NCBI GenBank assembly: GCA_945787555.1
Contig: CALZJG010000005.1
Location: 8,771 to 72,770, forward strand
Direction of reading: 5' to 3'
Source: an uncultured Chromatiaceae bacterium
GTDB lineage: Bacteria; Pseudomonadota; Gammaproteobacteria; DRLM01
DNA length: 64,000 bases
This document shows positions 1-9,535 of the stretch, piece by piece; position 1 is the first letter of the stretch, and each line of letters starts with the position of its first letter. Under the pieces are notes generated by a model. It was not told the origin of the DNA and did not search any database. It saw nothing but the letters and a program-made list of their open reading frames with translations. The translations under genes were made by a program, and so were the position numbers.

Positions 1-273
1 GACTTTGGCATCCAAAGGCGTGGCCACGCGGGCCGGCTCCCAGGTCGCGAGCAACTCGCGCTGGCGGCCGGCGGCATCCAATTCCTGGCGAAAATAACCG
101 TCACTGCTGACCAACGTGACCACCACCAGTGGGATTTCCAAGTCTGCCGCGGCGCGCAAGGTATCACCCGCCAATACGCCGAGGCCGCCGGCATAGGTCG
201 GAATATCATTGTGCAACGCTATTTCCATGGTGAAATACGCGTAGCGCGGCGTGTAGGCATATTCCTTGAGCAT
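1..273 (-). CDS. glgP: alpha-glucan (glycogen) phosphorylase, N-terminal part; runs off the window edge
   Basis: Not in the ORF track. Manual translation from ATG at 273: [54 protein letters not shown]..., matching the AYFxME...YxGGLGxLAGD phosphorylase signature. Confidence 0.9.
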   Translation of the reverse strand, partial: MLKEYAYTPRYAYFTMEIALHNDIPTYAGGLGVLAGDTLRAAADLEIPLVVVTLVSSDGYFRQELDAAGRQRELLATWEPARVATPLDAKV

Positions 274-276
274 GGA

Positions 277-831
277 TTAGGTGCCTTGCCAGCGTCGCAC
301 GCGACCCACGTCGACGTGAATGAAATTCGAGCGCGGATAATTGCCCACGCCGCCGGCCCTCAAATCCAGTGCCGCGCGATGTAAATCGCGTAACGCCACT
401 TTGGGCAGGTATATATCCAAGGCTTTACCCTCCATGTGCAAGCTGTGCACCGCCACTTCGGCCCCCTCGCGACGCAAGCGTGCATTGCTGGCGGCCGAGC
501 GATAGCCGGAGATGACATGAAAGGTGGGAAAGACATTGAGCCGGCGCTGTAAGCCATGCAATACATCTATGACACCGGCATCGATACGATGAATTTCGCC
601 GTTGCGATGATCCCGCAACAAACGATTGATCTCCGCCATGGCAGCCGGCAGATAACGGCCTTGTTCCCAATAGGTGATGAACGCGCCCTCACCAGTGTGG
701 GTGTTGAGCAATGACAAGGTGCGGTGCGGTTCTTGAGCGCGCGCCCATGCCGGTAAGCTCAAACCCAAGACTGCAAAGGTGCCCAGCTTGATTAGGCGGC
801 GTCGCCCTGCATTGGCTAGATCATCGTGCAT
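277..831 (-). CDS. YcbK/MepK-family (DUF882, peptidase M15) Tat-exported murein endopeptidase
   Basis: Twin-arginine-like signal GRRRLIK; LxLLNTHTGE, ISGYRS, SLHMEGKALD and FIHVDVGRVRRW motifs. Start placed at MHDDL (831). Confidence 0.85.
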   Translation of the reverse strand: MHDDLANAGRRRLIKLGTFAVLGLSLPAWARAQEPHRTLSLLNTHTGEGAFITYWEQGRYLPAAMAEINRLLRDHRNGEIHRIDAGVIDVLHGLQRRLNVFPTFHVISGYRSAASNARLRREGAEVAVHSLHMEGKALDIYLPKVALRDLHRAALDLRAGGVGNYPRSNFIHVDVGRVRRWQGT

Positions 832-898
832 AATCACCCCGCTTATTGGACCTAAAGGTACACCTAATGGGGCGGCATCCGCCACTCACCGCATACCC

Positions 899-1840
899 TC
901 AGCAGCCCTCACCCAGCATCTCTTCCGATCTTGTCAGGGTTGAGGATTCGAATAAGCGCTGCGGCTCACTCAGCAATGCCGCCATACAAGGCTCCAACAC
1001 CTGCTCCGCTTGGCTCATGGCGGCCGCCTGTACTTCAGGCCCACCGACGCTTAACGGCCAGTTGAGATCCGGTAAGGTCGGCTCCAGCACCATGATGGGT
1101 GCGCCGCAGCCACCGGGACAGGGTTGCACACTGAGCGGTTGACCGCTCAGGTACCAAGGCCGCTGTCGATACAACAACACATACAATATCTCTACAAGTG
1201 ACCAGGGCCGACTCACGGCCCGTGTCAACCCATTGCGGCCCGCGCGATTGACCGCGGTGTGGTGCAGGATCAACGCATCCAATTCATGCTTGCAACAAAT
1301 GGCTTCGCTGGGAGCCAACTCAATGGTAGCGCCATCCGTATACGACTCGCCCTCGATCAGCACCGGCCGGTACAACACCGGCATGGCGGCGCTGGCCATG
1401 ATGCGCGGCGCCAGTTCACCACTGGAAAAAATCGTCTTGGCACCGGTACTCAGGTTCATGGCCATTGAATAAAAGGGAATAGCGCATTCCTCGAAATTTC
1501 GCACTGCAAGATTGCGGCGCACGAAATCCACCGCGGTAGCCGTATCCGATAGCCCGGTGTAACCGCGCCCCTTGTTGACCCCCAACTGCCAGACCAATCG
1601 CGACCAGCCATCTGGCGACCAATACTCCGCAGTGCGCACCCGCGCGATGGTCTCTGCCCAATGTGGCAAGGGCGTACCGCTAGCCACCACGCCGCCCACC
1701 AATGCCCCCGCGCTGCAACCGGCAATGCCGCTCACTTGGATCCCCATTTTTTGCAGGGCCAACAAAAAACCAGTATGAGCGTAGACGCCGCGGCCGCCGC
1801 CGGAGCTGAGCACCACGCCGATACGAGGACCTTCACTCAT
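899..1840 (-). CDS. patatin-like phospholipase
   Basis: Oxyanion SSGGGRG, nucleophile GCSAG, ASAAMP and DGA motifs. Confidence 0.88.
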   Translation of the reverse strand: MSEGPRIGVVLSSGGGRGVYAHTGFLLALQKMGIQVSGIAGCSAGALVGGVVASGTPLPHWAETIARVRTAEYWSPDGWSRLVWQLGVNKGRGYTGLSDTATAVDFVRRNLAVRNFEECAIPFYSMAMNLSTGAKTIFSSGELAPRIMASAAMPVLYRPVLIEGESYTDGATIELAPSEAICCKHELDALILHHTAVNRAGRNGLTRAVSRPWSLVEILYVLLYRQRPWYLSGQPLSVQPCPGGCGAPIMVLEPTLPDLNWPLSVGGPEVQAAAMSQAEQVLEPCMAALLSEPQRLFESSTLTRSEEMLGEGC

Positions 1841-1898
1841 CGCCAGTCACTCCCTCGCGCATGCCAGCACTTATGCTCTTGGTACAATCCGACCCACC

Positions 1899-4283
1899 TC
1901 AATACGGCCAACGCCACTCACGCACTTCGGGCAGGTCCTGACCATGCTTGACGATGTAGTGTTTGTGTTCGATGAGCTTGTCGCGCATCGTCTGCTTCAA
2001 ATAGGCCGCTTTGTAGCCCAGCTTGGGCACGCGATCGATGACGTCGGCGACCAGGTGAAAGCGGTCCAAGTCATTGCGCACCACCATGTCGAAAGGTGTG
2101 GAGGTCGTGCCTTCCTCTTTATAGCCGCGCACATGCAGATTGCGGTGATTGGTGCGCCGGTATGTGAGACGGTGGATCAACCAAGGATAACCGTGATAAG
2201 CGAAAATGATGGGTTTATCGGTGGTGAACAAGGTATCGAAGTCCTTGTCGGACAAACCATGCGGATGTTCATCTTTTTGTTGCAGGGTCATCAAATCCAC
2301 GATGTTCACTAGCCGTACCTTGAGCTCGGGTACGTGCTGACGTAGCAAGTCGACCGCCGCCAATGCTTCCAGTGTCGGCACATCGCCGGCGCAGGCCATC
2401 ACCACGTCAGGTTCGACGCCATCATCGTTGCTGGCCCATTTCCAGATGCCGATGCCCGCCGAGCAATGCTTCTCCGCCGCGTCCATGTCCAACCACTGTA
2501 ATTGCGGCTGCTTACCCGCCACGATCACATTGACGAAATCACGAGAGCGCAGACAACGGTCGGTGACATACAACAAGGTGTTGGCATCGGGCGGCAGATA
2601 GACGCGGATGATGTCGGCCTTCTTGTTCACCACATGGTCGATGAAACCGGGATCTTGATGCGAGAACCCATTGTGGTCCTGGCGCCACACATGCGAAGTG
2701 AGTAAATAATTCAACGAGGCGATGGGCCGCCGCCATGGAATTTCCTTGCTGGTGACCTTGAGCCATTTGGCATGCTGATTGAACATCGAGTCGATGATGT
2801 GGATGAAGGCCTCGTAACAGGAAAACAAGCCGTGACGGCCGGTGAGCAGATAACCTTCCAACCAACCCTGGCAAGTATGTTCGGAGAGTATTTCCATGAC
2901 CCGCCCATCGGGCGCGAGGTGATCATCCTCGGGAATTTTATCCGCCAACCAGGTGCGCTCAGTCACTTCGAATAAGGCGCCGAGACGATTGGAGGCGGTT
3001 TCGTCGGGGCCGAACACGCGAAAGTTACTCTGCCGGGTATTGAGCTTCATCACATCGCGCAACATCATGCCCATCACCCGCGTCGCTTCGGCCTCGTTGC
3101 GCCCCGGCTGCGGCACGTCCACCGCGTACTCGCGATAGTCGGGCATTTTCAAGTCCTTCAACAACACGCCGCCGTTGGCATGCGGGTTGGCGCCCATACG
3201 CCGCTCGCCGCTGGGCGCCAAGGCTTGCAGTTCGGGCACTAACGACCCATTGTCGTCGAACAACTCCTCAGCGCGATAAGTCTTCAGCCACTGCTTCAGC
3301 AATTCCAAATGCCCCGGCTTGGTCGCCAACTCACCGAAAGGCACTTGATGGGAACGCCAGTAATCCTCGGTCTTCTTACCGTCGACTTCCTTCGGCCCCG
3401 TCCATCCCTTGGGGGTGCGCAACACGATCATGGGCCAGGTGGGCCGACTCACCACGCCGTTGGCGCGCGCCCCGCGTTGGATATTTTGGATCTCGTCCAT
3501 GACCGCATCGAAGGTGGCGGCCATCTGTTGATGCACCACTTCCGGATCACTGCCTTCGACAAAATAGGGCCGGAAGCCATACCCCGTGAAGAGACTCGCC
3601 AACTCCTCGCGCGGTATGCGCGCCAACACGGTGGGATTGGCAATCTTATAGCCGTTCAAATGCAGGATGGGTAGCACCGCGCCATCGCGCGCCGGATTGA
3701 GGAACTTATTGGAATGCCACGCCGCGGCCATCGGCCCCGTCTCCGCTTCACCGTCGCCCACTACGCATGCGACGACCAAATCCGGGTTGTCGAAGGCCGC
3801 ACCGTAGGCATGCGACAGCGCGTAACCCAACTCGCCGCCTTCATGGATCGAGCCCGGCGTCTCGGGCGCCACATGACTGGGAATGCCGCCGGGAAAGGAG
3901 AACTGTTTGAACAGGCGCTTCATCCCCGTGCTGTCTGCACTGATGTTGGGATAGAACTCGCTGTAAGTCCCCTCGAGATACGTGTTGGCCACCAGCGCCG
4001 GACCGCCGTGACCTGGTCCGCAGACGTAGATCATATTGAGATCGCGCGACTTGATGAGGCGATTCAAATGTACATAAATGAAATTGAGTCCCGGCGTGGT
4101 GCCCCAATGGCCAAGCAGGCGCGGCTTGACATGCTCCAGTCTGAGCGGCTCCTTGAGCAGCGGGTTGTCGAGTAAATAGATCTGCCCCACCGAGAGATAA
4201 TTAGCCGCCCGCCAATAAGCGTCGATCAAGCGCAGGTCATCACTGGAAAGAGGCTGTTGCGTGGCGTGGACGGCGTGGTTCAT
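1899..4283 (-). CDS. xfp: xylulose-5-phosphate/fructose-6-phosphate phosphoketolase
   Basis: 794 aa; [33 protein letters not shown] (TPP binding) and [10 protein letters not shown] motifs. Confidence 0.97.
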   Translation of the reverse strand: MNHAVHATQQPLSSDDLRLIDAYWRAANYLSVGQIYLLDNPLLKEPLRLEHVKPRLLGHWGTTPGLNFIYVHLNRLIKSRDLNMIYVCGPGHGGPALVANTYLEGTYSEFYPNISADSTGMKRLFKQFSFPGGIPSHVAPETPGSIHEGGELGYALSHAYGAAFDNPDLVVACVVGDGEAETGPMAAAWHSNKFLNPARDGAVLPILHLNGYKIANPTVLARIPREELASLFTGYGFRPYFVEGSDPEVVHQQMAATFDAVMDEIQNIQRGARANGVVSRPTWPMIVLRTPKGWTGPKEVDGKKTEDYWRSHQVPFGELATKPGHLELLKQWLKTYRAEELFDDNGSLVPELQALAPSGERRMGANPHANGGVLLKDLKMPDYREYAVDVPQPGRNEAEATRVMGMMLRDVMKLNTRQSNFRVFGPDETASNRLGALFEVTERTWLADKIPEDDHLAPDGRVMEILSEHTCQGWLEGYLLTGRHGLFSCYEAFIHIIDSMFNQHAKWLKVTSKEIPWRRPIASLNYLLTSHVWRQDHNGFSHQDPGFIDHVVNKKADIIRVYLPPDANTLLYVTDRCLRSRDFVNVIVAGKQPQLQWLDMDAAEKHCSAGIGIWKWASNDDGVEPDVVMACAGDVPTLEALAAVDLLRQHVPELKVRLVNIVDLMTLQQKDEHPHGLSDKDFDTLFTTDKPIIFAYHGYPWLIHRLTYRRTNHRNLHVRGYKEEGTTSTPFDMVVRNDLDRFHLVADVIDRVPKLGYKAAYLKQTMRDKLIEHKHYIVKHGQDLPEVREWRWPY

Positions 4284-4411
4284 GACTCACTCCTGTTCTG
4301 TCGATCCCGGCTCAATTCTGGCTCACCGCGCGCGATGTCCCGCAGGCGCGTTATCAGTATAACCTCATAAACCGGAAAAAAAGACCAGCATGCAATAAGA
4401 CTGACAACCTA

Positions 4412-4555
4412 TTATGACAGTCTCATTTCACTATCCAGGAAATACACGATCACCGTCCTTATCCCCTCGATGCCGGCGAGCACCCCCAGTGACTCCCAAC
4501 TCGGCACGACGATGGTTTGGATGATGTCGCCGGCGAGAAAGATCTCCAGCTCCAG
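4412..4555 (-). pseudogene. C-terminal remnant of a DUF1622-like membrane protein
   Basis: Manual translation LELEIFLAGDIIQTIVVPSWESLGVLAGIEGIRTVIVYFLDSEMRLS* resembles the DUF1622 pattern LEFLxAADIIxT..P...LGxLAxIVxIRTxLSYFL. No start; joined out of frame to the upstream gene. Confidence 0.65.
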
Positions 4556-5070
4556 CCGATCTGCACGGTTTTCACCACCGCCATACGATCGAGGTCGATG
4601 ACCGAGATACCGCCCGCGCCGGAGTGCACCGCGACGGCATGCTTGCCGTCGGAGGACACCGCGGTGTGATGGGTCAGACCGCGCACCTCGACACGCCTCA
4701 TGACGTGACCCTGCTTGGGATGGATGATGGAAACATAGCTGGGGCCGGCCGGGGCTGGGCTGTCTGAGCTAGAAGCATGATGCGCCGCATGCTCGGCCTC
4801 GCTCACGGCGCCAGGCTTGTTCGCCTGGCGCGGCGCGGCGCTGTCTTTTTGCTGCATGCTGCCGGCTACCAAATAATCGCTCTTGGGGCTAGCTGCGAGC
4901 CCATGGGCGTTTTCCAGTTCGTCGATACGACCGACGATAGCATCGCTCTGCAAATCGATGATCACCAGGTCGTTGGCCTCGCCGGTGGGTACGTACATCA
5001 AGGGTGCGGCGGTAGCGGTCAGGGACCCCAGCAATATCATCGCGAAGCTGGCACTCATAAATTTAGTCAT
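4556..5070 (-). pseudogene. truncated YncE/YVTN-type beta-propeller periplasmic protein with His-rich loop
   Basis: Signal peptide from MTKFMSASF (5070), propeller blades (LMYVPTGEANDLVIID, AHGLAASP, HHTAVSSDGKHAVAVH, ISVIDL) and EAEHAAHH. Breaks after VVKTVQI into unrelated sequence, too short for a full propeller. Confidence 0.7.
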
Positions 5071-5102
5071 TGCAGCTCTCCATCGTGTTGTCGTGGCGCA
5101 GC

Positions 5103-5225
5103 TCATTTGCGCACGACATATTTGATCAGCGCCACGATGGCCAGGATGATCACCGCCCAGAATAGGATACCCAGTGCCCAGTGGCCGGATCCAAACCCCC
5201 AATGCCAGTCGCCCATAGCGTGCAT
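5103..5225 (-). CDS. 40-aa single-pass membrane peptide
   Basis: Below the track cut-off: MHAMGDWHWGFGSGHWALGILFWAVIILAIVALIKYVVRK*. Met/His/Trp/Gly N-terminus, one TM helix, basic tail; co-directional with the operon. Confidence 0.6.
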   Translation of the reverse strand: MHAMGDWHWGFGSGHWALGILFWAVIILAIVALIKYVVRK

Positions 5226-5277
5226 CACGGCTAGGTCGTCCAATCGGAACCTGTTCCGGCATCACTCCATTTAGTGT

Positions 5278-5952
5278 TCAATGGTCATGTGGTTGATCAT
5301 GATCATCGTCATGATGAGCGTTACGATCGCTAACTACTCTGGCCGGTGCCTCGTCACGCATCATCATCTCGTCGCCAGTGGAGTGACCCTCCTCTGGCTC
5401 TGCATCATGCGCATGACCGTCGTCATGGTGTGGCTCTTCTACACCTTGCACCATCTCGCCCGTGTCGTGAGCATGATCGGCGCCGGCGTGCTCATGCGTG
5501 TCCTTCTTAGGCAGCGACATCACGCCCAAACCATATCGGTAAACAACCTCGCCGCCGTGCCAAGCGGTCGATCCCAACAAGCCTCCGCCGACTACCATCA
5601 AGCCAACAAACGCCACACCCAACGCTTGTTGACGCCGCACGCGCAACACGGACCAAATAGCCAAGGACAGAAACAAGGTGATGGTGACGATGGCCCAATT
5701 GCGATGCTCGGTCATCGCGGCATGCGACGGTGTGTCATGCGCCACGGTGTTGTAAGCATACAGCCCGGTCAAACCGGTGATGACAGTAATGCCCGCGCCG
5801 AACCACAAGGCCCAGCGTGCCACGATGCGCCATTGCTCTTGCAAGGGTGGTTTGACGAAGGGGGTGATGACGAACAAGCCCGCCGCCAGCGAAAACAAGG
5901 CCACGGTGAAATGCACGAAGATGGGATGCCAATTGGGGATGATTTCGGGCAT
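5278..5952 (-). CDS. DUF2231 membrane protein with His/acidic C-terminal tail
   Basis: NWHPIFVHFTVAL, TGLYA..., HRNWA and GGEVVYRYGLGV motifs; about 4 TM helices; His-rich tail; SD AGGAG upstream. Confidence 0.85.
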   Translation of the reverse strand: MPEIIPNWHPIFVHFTVALFSLAAGLFVITPFVKPPLQEQWRIVARWALWFGAGITVITGLTGLYAYNTVAHDTPSHAAMTEHRNWAIVTITLFLSLAIWSVLRVRRQQALGVAFVGLMVVGGGLLGSTAWHGGEVVYRYGLGVMSLPKKDTHEHAGADHAHDTGEMVQGVEEPHHDDGHAHDAEPEEGHSTGDEMMMRDEAPARVVSDRNAHHDDDHDQPHDH

Positions 5953-6029
5953 AGCATTACTCCTATGATGTCACGCCTACAACTAGACGTGACGGAAATG
6001 AATGAAACCCTGTCGCCATGACAGGCCGA

Positions 6030-7034
6030 TCAAAACCAACAACGCAGCCCGACCACGGTCCGCGCTTCCTCGGCATCCTGCCCCGCCGCACGGGTGTAAT
6101 CGGCCGTGCGGCCATACTTGCCCGCCCATTCGACACCTACGTAAGGCGAAAACTGACGTCGTATCTCATAGCGCAGACGCAATCCCAGCACCGCCTCGGA
6201 CAGGCCCGAGCCCACGCCCCGCTTGGCATCATCCTTACCATATAGGTCGGCTTCGAAACGCGGCTGCAAAATCAATCTCTGGGTCAACAGCAGATCGTAC
6301 TCCGCTTCTACACTCACAGCGGTACGGCCCACCGCACCGATATAGGCGCTGGCGTCCACCTCGAACCAGTACGGTGCCAGACCTTGGATACCCAGCGCCA
6401 GCCAGGTCTGATCGGGCGACTCACCGCTATCGTAACGCAAGCCCAATTGGGCATTCCAATATGGCGCGACTGCATGACCCCACAGTATTTCACTGCGTGC
6501 CCCGTCCAATGCATCATTGTCGATAGCGCCTTCAGCTTTCAACACAATCCGATCATAGTCGCGCCCGTACCAAGCCTGCAGGTCGATAGTGGTGGAGGTG
6601 TTGTCATCCGTGCGCACACTCTCCAGGCGATCGATCAACAGCGCGCCAAAATTGTGTTGATCGGCGAGCCGCAAGGGGTAAGGTCCAAAGTCATAACCAC
6701 CGGAATAGGCATGCGGATCCCGCGCATCGGTCGGCGCCGCACGGCCTGGCATGGACATGGAGTCCATACTGGACATGTCATGCTGCTCCATGGCTGCATC
6801 GTCGTGCTGCATGCCATGATCCATTCCGCCGTTCATGTCCATATCATCCATGTTCATGTCCATGGACATGTCGCCATTGGACATGGCCTCATGGTCCATA
6901 GAATCCATGTCGTCCATCGGCATGGTACTTGCGTCATGACCGGCGTGGGGATCAGCATCCAGCTGTTGCGCCCAGGCCGACGACAAAACTAATGGCCCTA
7001 TCACCACAGCGCTGAGGATCAGCGGACGGACCAT
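6030..7034 (-). CDS. copB: copper resistance outer-membrane protein CopB/PcoB
   Basis: Signal peptide, Met/Asp/His-rich N-terminus, barrel motifs (DRLE, QGLAPYWFE, LLTQRLILQP, GLRLRYEI, PYVGVEW), terminal WF; follows copA. Confidence 0.93.
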   Translation of the reverse strand: MVRPLILSAVVIGPLVLSSAWAQQLDADPHAGHDASTMPMDDMDSMDHEAMSNGDMSMDMNMDDMDMNGGMDHGMQHDDAAMEQHDMSSMDSMSMPGRAAPTDARDPHAYSGGYDFGPYPLRLADQHNFGALLIDRLESVRTDDNTSTTIDLQAWYGRDYDRIVLKAEGAIDNDALDGARSEILWGHAVAPYWNAQLGLRYDSGESPDQTWLALGIQGLAPYWFEVDASAYIGAVGRTAVSVEAEYDLLLTQRLILQPRFEADLYGKDDAKRGVGSGLSEAVLGLRLRYEIRRQFSPYVGVEWAGKYGRTADYTRAAGQDAEEARTVVGLRCWF

Positions 7035-7070
7035 CTTGCCTTCTTTCTTTTGTGTGAGTGAGCATCCCAT

Positions 7071-8825
7071 TCAAGCCACCACGACCTGGCGAAACATGCC
7101 CGCGTCCATGTGATAGAGCAGATGACAGTGCCAAGCCCAGCGGCCAGGCGCGTCCGCCGTGACCAAAAAACTGATGCGCTGCGCCGGCTGTACGTTGATG
7201 GTGTGTTTACGCGCTTGAAATTCCCCGTTGGGATTCTCCAATTCGCTCCACATGCCATGCAGATGCATAGGGTGGGTCATCATAGTGTCGTTGTGCAGTA
7301 TCACGCGCAGACGTTCGCCATGACGGAAATGGATGGGCGTGGATTTTCCAAACTCCACCCCGTCGATGGACCAAGTATATCGTTCCATGTTACCGGTCAG
7401 ATGCAATTCAATTTCCCGTTCTGCGCTACGCGGATCCATGGGGCCGCCGATGGTGTGCAGGTCGGCATAGGTGAGCACACGCCGACCGTTGTTACGCAAC
7501 CCCACACCGGGGTCGTCGAGATTAGTGCGCGGCGTGTCGACGCGCATGTCGACGCTGGGCCCGTATTCCGTTGTTGCATGCCGCACGCGCACCGCAGCCG
7601 CGCCCATCGCCATAGCGCCGTGCGTGGCATGCCCGCCCTGCTGCATATCGCCCATTTCAGCGTGCATCATGGCGCCCATCATGTCCGCCATGGTCAAGGG
7701 TTCAGGCGGGTCCATCGCCGGCACATCTGCCCCCAGGTCGGCACGTACCGCGAGCGTGCCACGCGCATACCCCGTGCGATCCATGGATTGGGCGAAAATC
7801 GTGTAAGCCTCATCTTTGGGCTCGACGATCACATCATAGGTTTCGGCCACACCGATGCGCATCTCATCCACCGTGACCGGCTCGACATTGACGCCGTCGT
7901 TCTGCACCACGGTCATCTTGAGGCCGGGAATGCGCACGTCGAAAAAAGTCATCGCAGAACCGTTGATCAAGCGCAATCGTACCCGTTCGCCGGGCTTGAA
8001 CAAGCCTGTCCAATTGCCCGCCGGCGTGGTGCCGTTGGTGAGATAGGTATAGGTGTGGCCGGAGATATCGGCGAGATCGCTTGGACTCATGCGCATCTGA
8101 TTCCACATGCGGCGCTTGCTCAGCGCGGAGGCCAGCCCATCACTACCGACATCGCGGAAAAAATCGACCACGGTCGGCTGATTGAAATTGTAGTAATCGC
8201 TTTGGATCTTGAGCTTAGCCAAAACTCTGATCGGATCTTCGTCGGTCCAGTCGGATAAGTGCAGCACGTAATCACGCTCGGCGCGCAGCGGATCGCCCGC
8301 AGCCGGGTCGATGATGAGGGCGCCGTACAACCCGGTCTGTTCCTGAAATCCGGAATGGGAGTGATACCAGTAAGTCCCCGCTTGCTGCACCTTGAAGCGA
8401 TAGGTGAACGTTTCGCCCGGCGCGATGCCTGGGTAACTAATGCCCGGCACACCGTCCATCTCGTAGGGGAGTATCAGTCCGTGCCAATGTATCGAGGTCG
8501 CCTCTTTCAAGCGATTAATCACTCTGAGAGTGACGGTATCACCCTCGCGCCAGCGCAAGGTGGGCGCCGGGATCGAGCCGTTGATCGTCGTCGCCAGTCG
8601 CGGTGCACCGGTGAAGTTCACCAGGCTCTCCGCGATGGTCAACTCGAACTCCGTCCCACTCAACACTGGCGCATAGCCGGTCGTCGTGGTGGCCATGTCT
8701 CGCGCCCAGCTCGGTTTGATTAACGGCGACAATCCTAGCAGCACACCACCGGCTGCCAAACCCTGCAAGAAACGCCGCCGCGGCAGATTCGGCGCCACTA
8801 GGGCGGACCGGGGCATGCGCTTCAT
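7071..8825 (-). CDS. copA: copper resistance multicopper oxidase CopA/PcoA
   Basis: Tat signal RRRFLQG; cupredoxin motifs HWHG, YWYHSH, HPMHLHG and WHCHLLYHM. Confidence 0.97.
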   Translation of the reverse strand: MKRMPRSALVAPNLPRRRFLQGLAAGGVLLGLSPLIKPSWARDMATTTTGYAPVLSGTEFELTIAESLVNFTGAPRLATTINGSIPAPTLRWREGDTVTLRVINRLKEATSIHWHGLILPYEMDGVPGISYPGIAPGETFTYRFKVQQAGTYWYHSHSGFQEQTGLYGALIIDPAAGDPLRAERDYVLHLSDWTDEDPIRVLAKLKIQSDYYNFNQPTVVDFFRDVGSDGLASALSKRRMWNQMRMSPSDLADISGHTYTYLTNGTTPAGNWTGLFKPGERVRLRLINGSAMTFFDVRIPGLKMTVVQNDGVNVEPVTVDEMRIGVAETYDVIVEPKDEAYTIFAQSMDRTGYARGTLAVRADLGADVPAMDPPEPLTMADMMGAMMHAEMGDMQQGGHATHGAMAMGAAAVRVRHATTEYGPSVDMRVDTPRTNLDDPGVGLRNNGRRVLTYADLHTIGGPMDPRSAEREIELHLTGNMERYTWSIDGVEFGKSTPIHFRHGERLRVILHNDTMMTHPMHLHGMWSELENPNGEFQARKHTINVQPAQRISFLVTADAPGRWAWHCHLLYHMDAGMFRQVVVA

Positions 8826-9078
8826 CTCGATGTATCCTCCAGCTAATTATTGGTTCGACCTGTATCGACTCAATAATTTCATTAATAACGATACTCTGAA
8901 TATCCGGCTCTGGACTATCCATATCGCCTCCCCCTGTCAGGAAAGCGGATTCGCACCCCTTACTCTCTCATCCCTAGCTTCCCCTTAAGAGGGGGAAGTC
9001 GTTTTCAGTGCCAATTAGTGGTTACAGGACATATCAAACACATATCCTGGCGAGTACTTTATTGCCTCTACTCACCAA

Positions 9079-9480
9079 TCACTGCCCACCGTAAAAAACC
9101 CCGCCTTTATGCTTGGCACCATCAGGGGTTTTGAACAGCACCATTAGTTGGTGCTTGCCCTCGTGGCCGAGATCGTAACCGGCCATCAACCACTCCCCCA
9201 TCACCATCATCATCTTGGTTTGTTCCTGATTATTAGGGTGGATGACCTTGGAATTAGCCATGACGCCGCTCACCACTTTTCCGTCTTTCTCGATTTTGAG
9301 CATGAAATCATGGCTGCCACCCATTTCCTTGCCGGGCTGGGCCTCCATGACATGGAAGGTGACGGTGTAACCATCGATGGTTTGCCGCTCTTCCAACATA
9401 TCTCCGCCCGCGCGCAAAGCCGGGGATGACAGTGTCGCAGCCAGGGCCGCAATAACAGCAAATGTACGCAGTTTGTTCAT
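9079..9480 (-). CDS. Met/His-rich periplasmic hypothetical protein (candidate copper chaperone)
   Basis: Signal peptide MNKLRTFAVIAALAA, SD GGAGAG upstream, TKMMMVMGEWLM segment; directly downstream of cusA. Confidence 0.75.
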   Translation of the reverse strand: MNKLRTFAVIAALAATLSSPALRAGGDMLEERQTIDGYTVTFHVMEAQPGKEMGGSHDFMLKIEKDGKVVSGVMANSKVIHPNNQEQTKMMMVMGEWLMAGYDLGHEGKHQLMVLFKTPDGAKHKGGVFYGGQ

Positions 9481-9535
9481 CACTCTCTCTCCTCCACTCG
9501 TAAAGTAGTTCAACATTGAAGCCGGTTCGAAAATA

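Noticed and set aside
4401-4423. CTGACA..ATGACAG as a CusR/CopR or Pho box upstream of xfp
   Set aside because: Spacing is off, and half of it is explained as the last codons of the DUF1622 remnant.
7110-8258. 382-aa plus-strand ORF
   Set aside because: Antisense shadow of copA caused by GC-rich codon bias; no recognisable motifs.
8976-9000. CTTCCCC-TTAAGAG-GGGGAAG dyad upstream of copA as a CueR operator
   Set aside because: No TTGAC -35 abutting the dyad, and the surrounding sequence resembles the dispersed C/G palindromic repeat. It cannot be excluded but is not supported.
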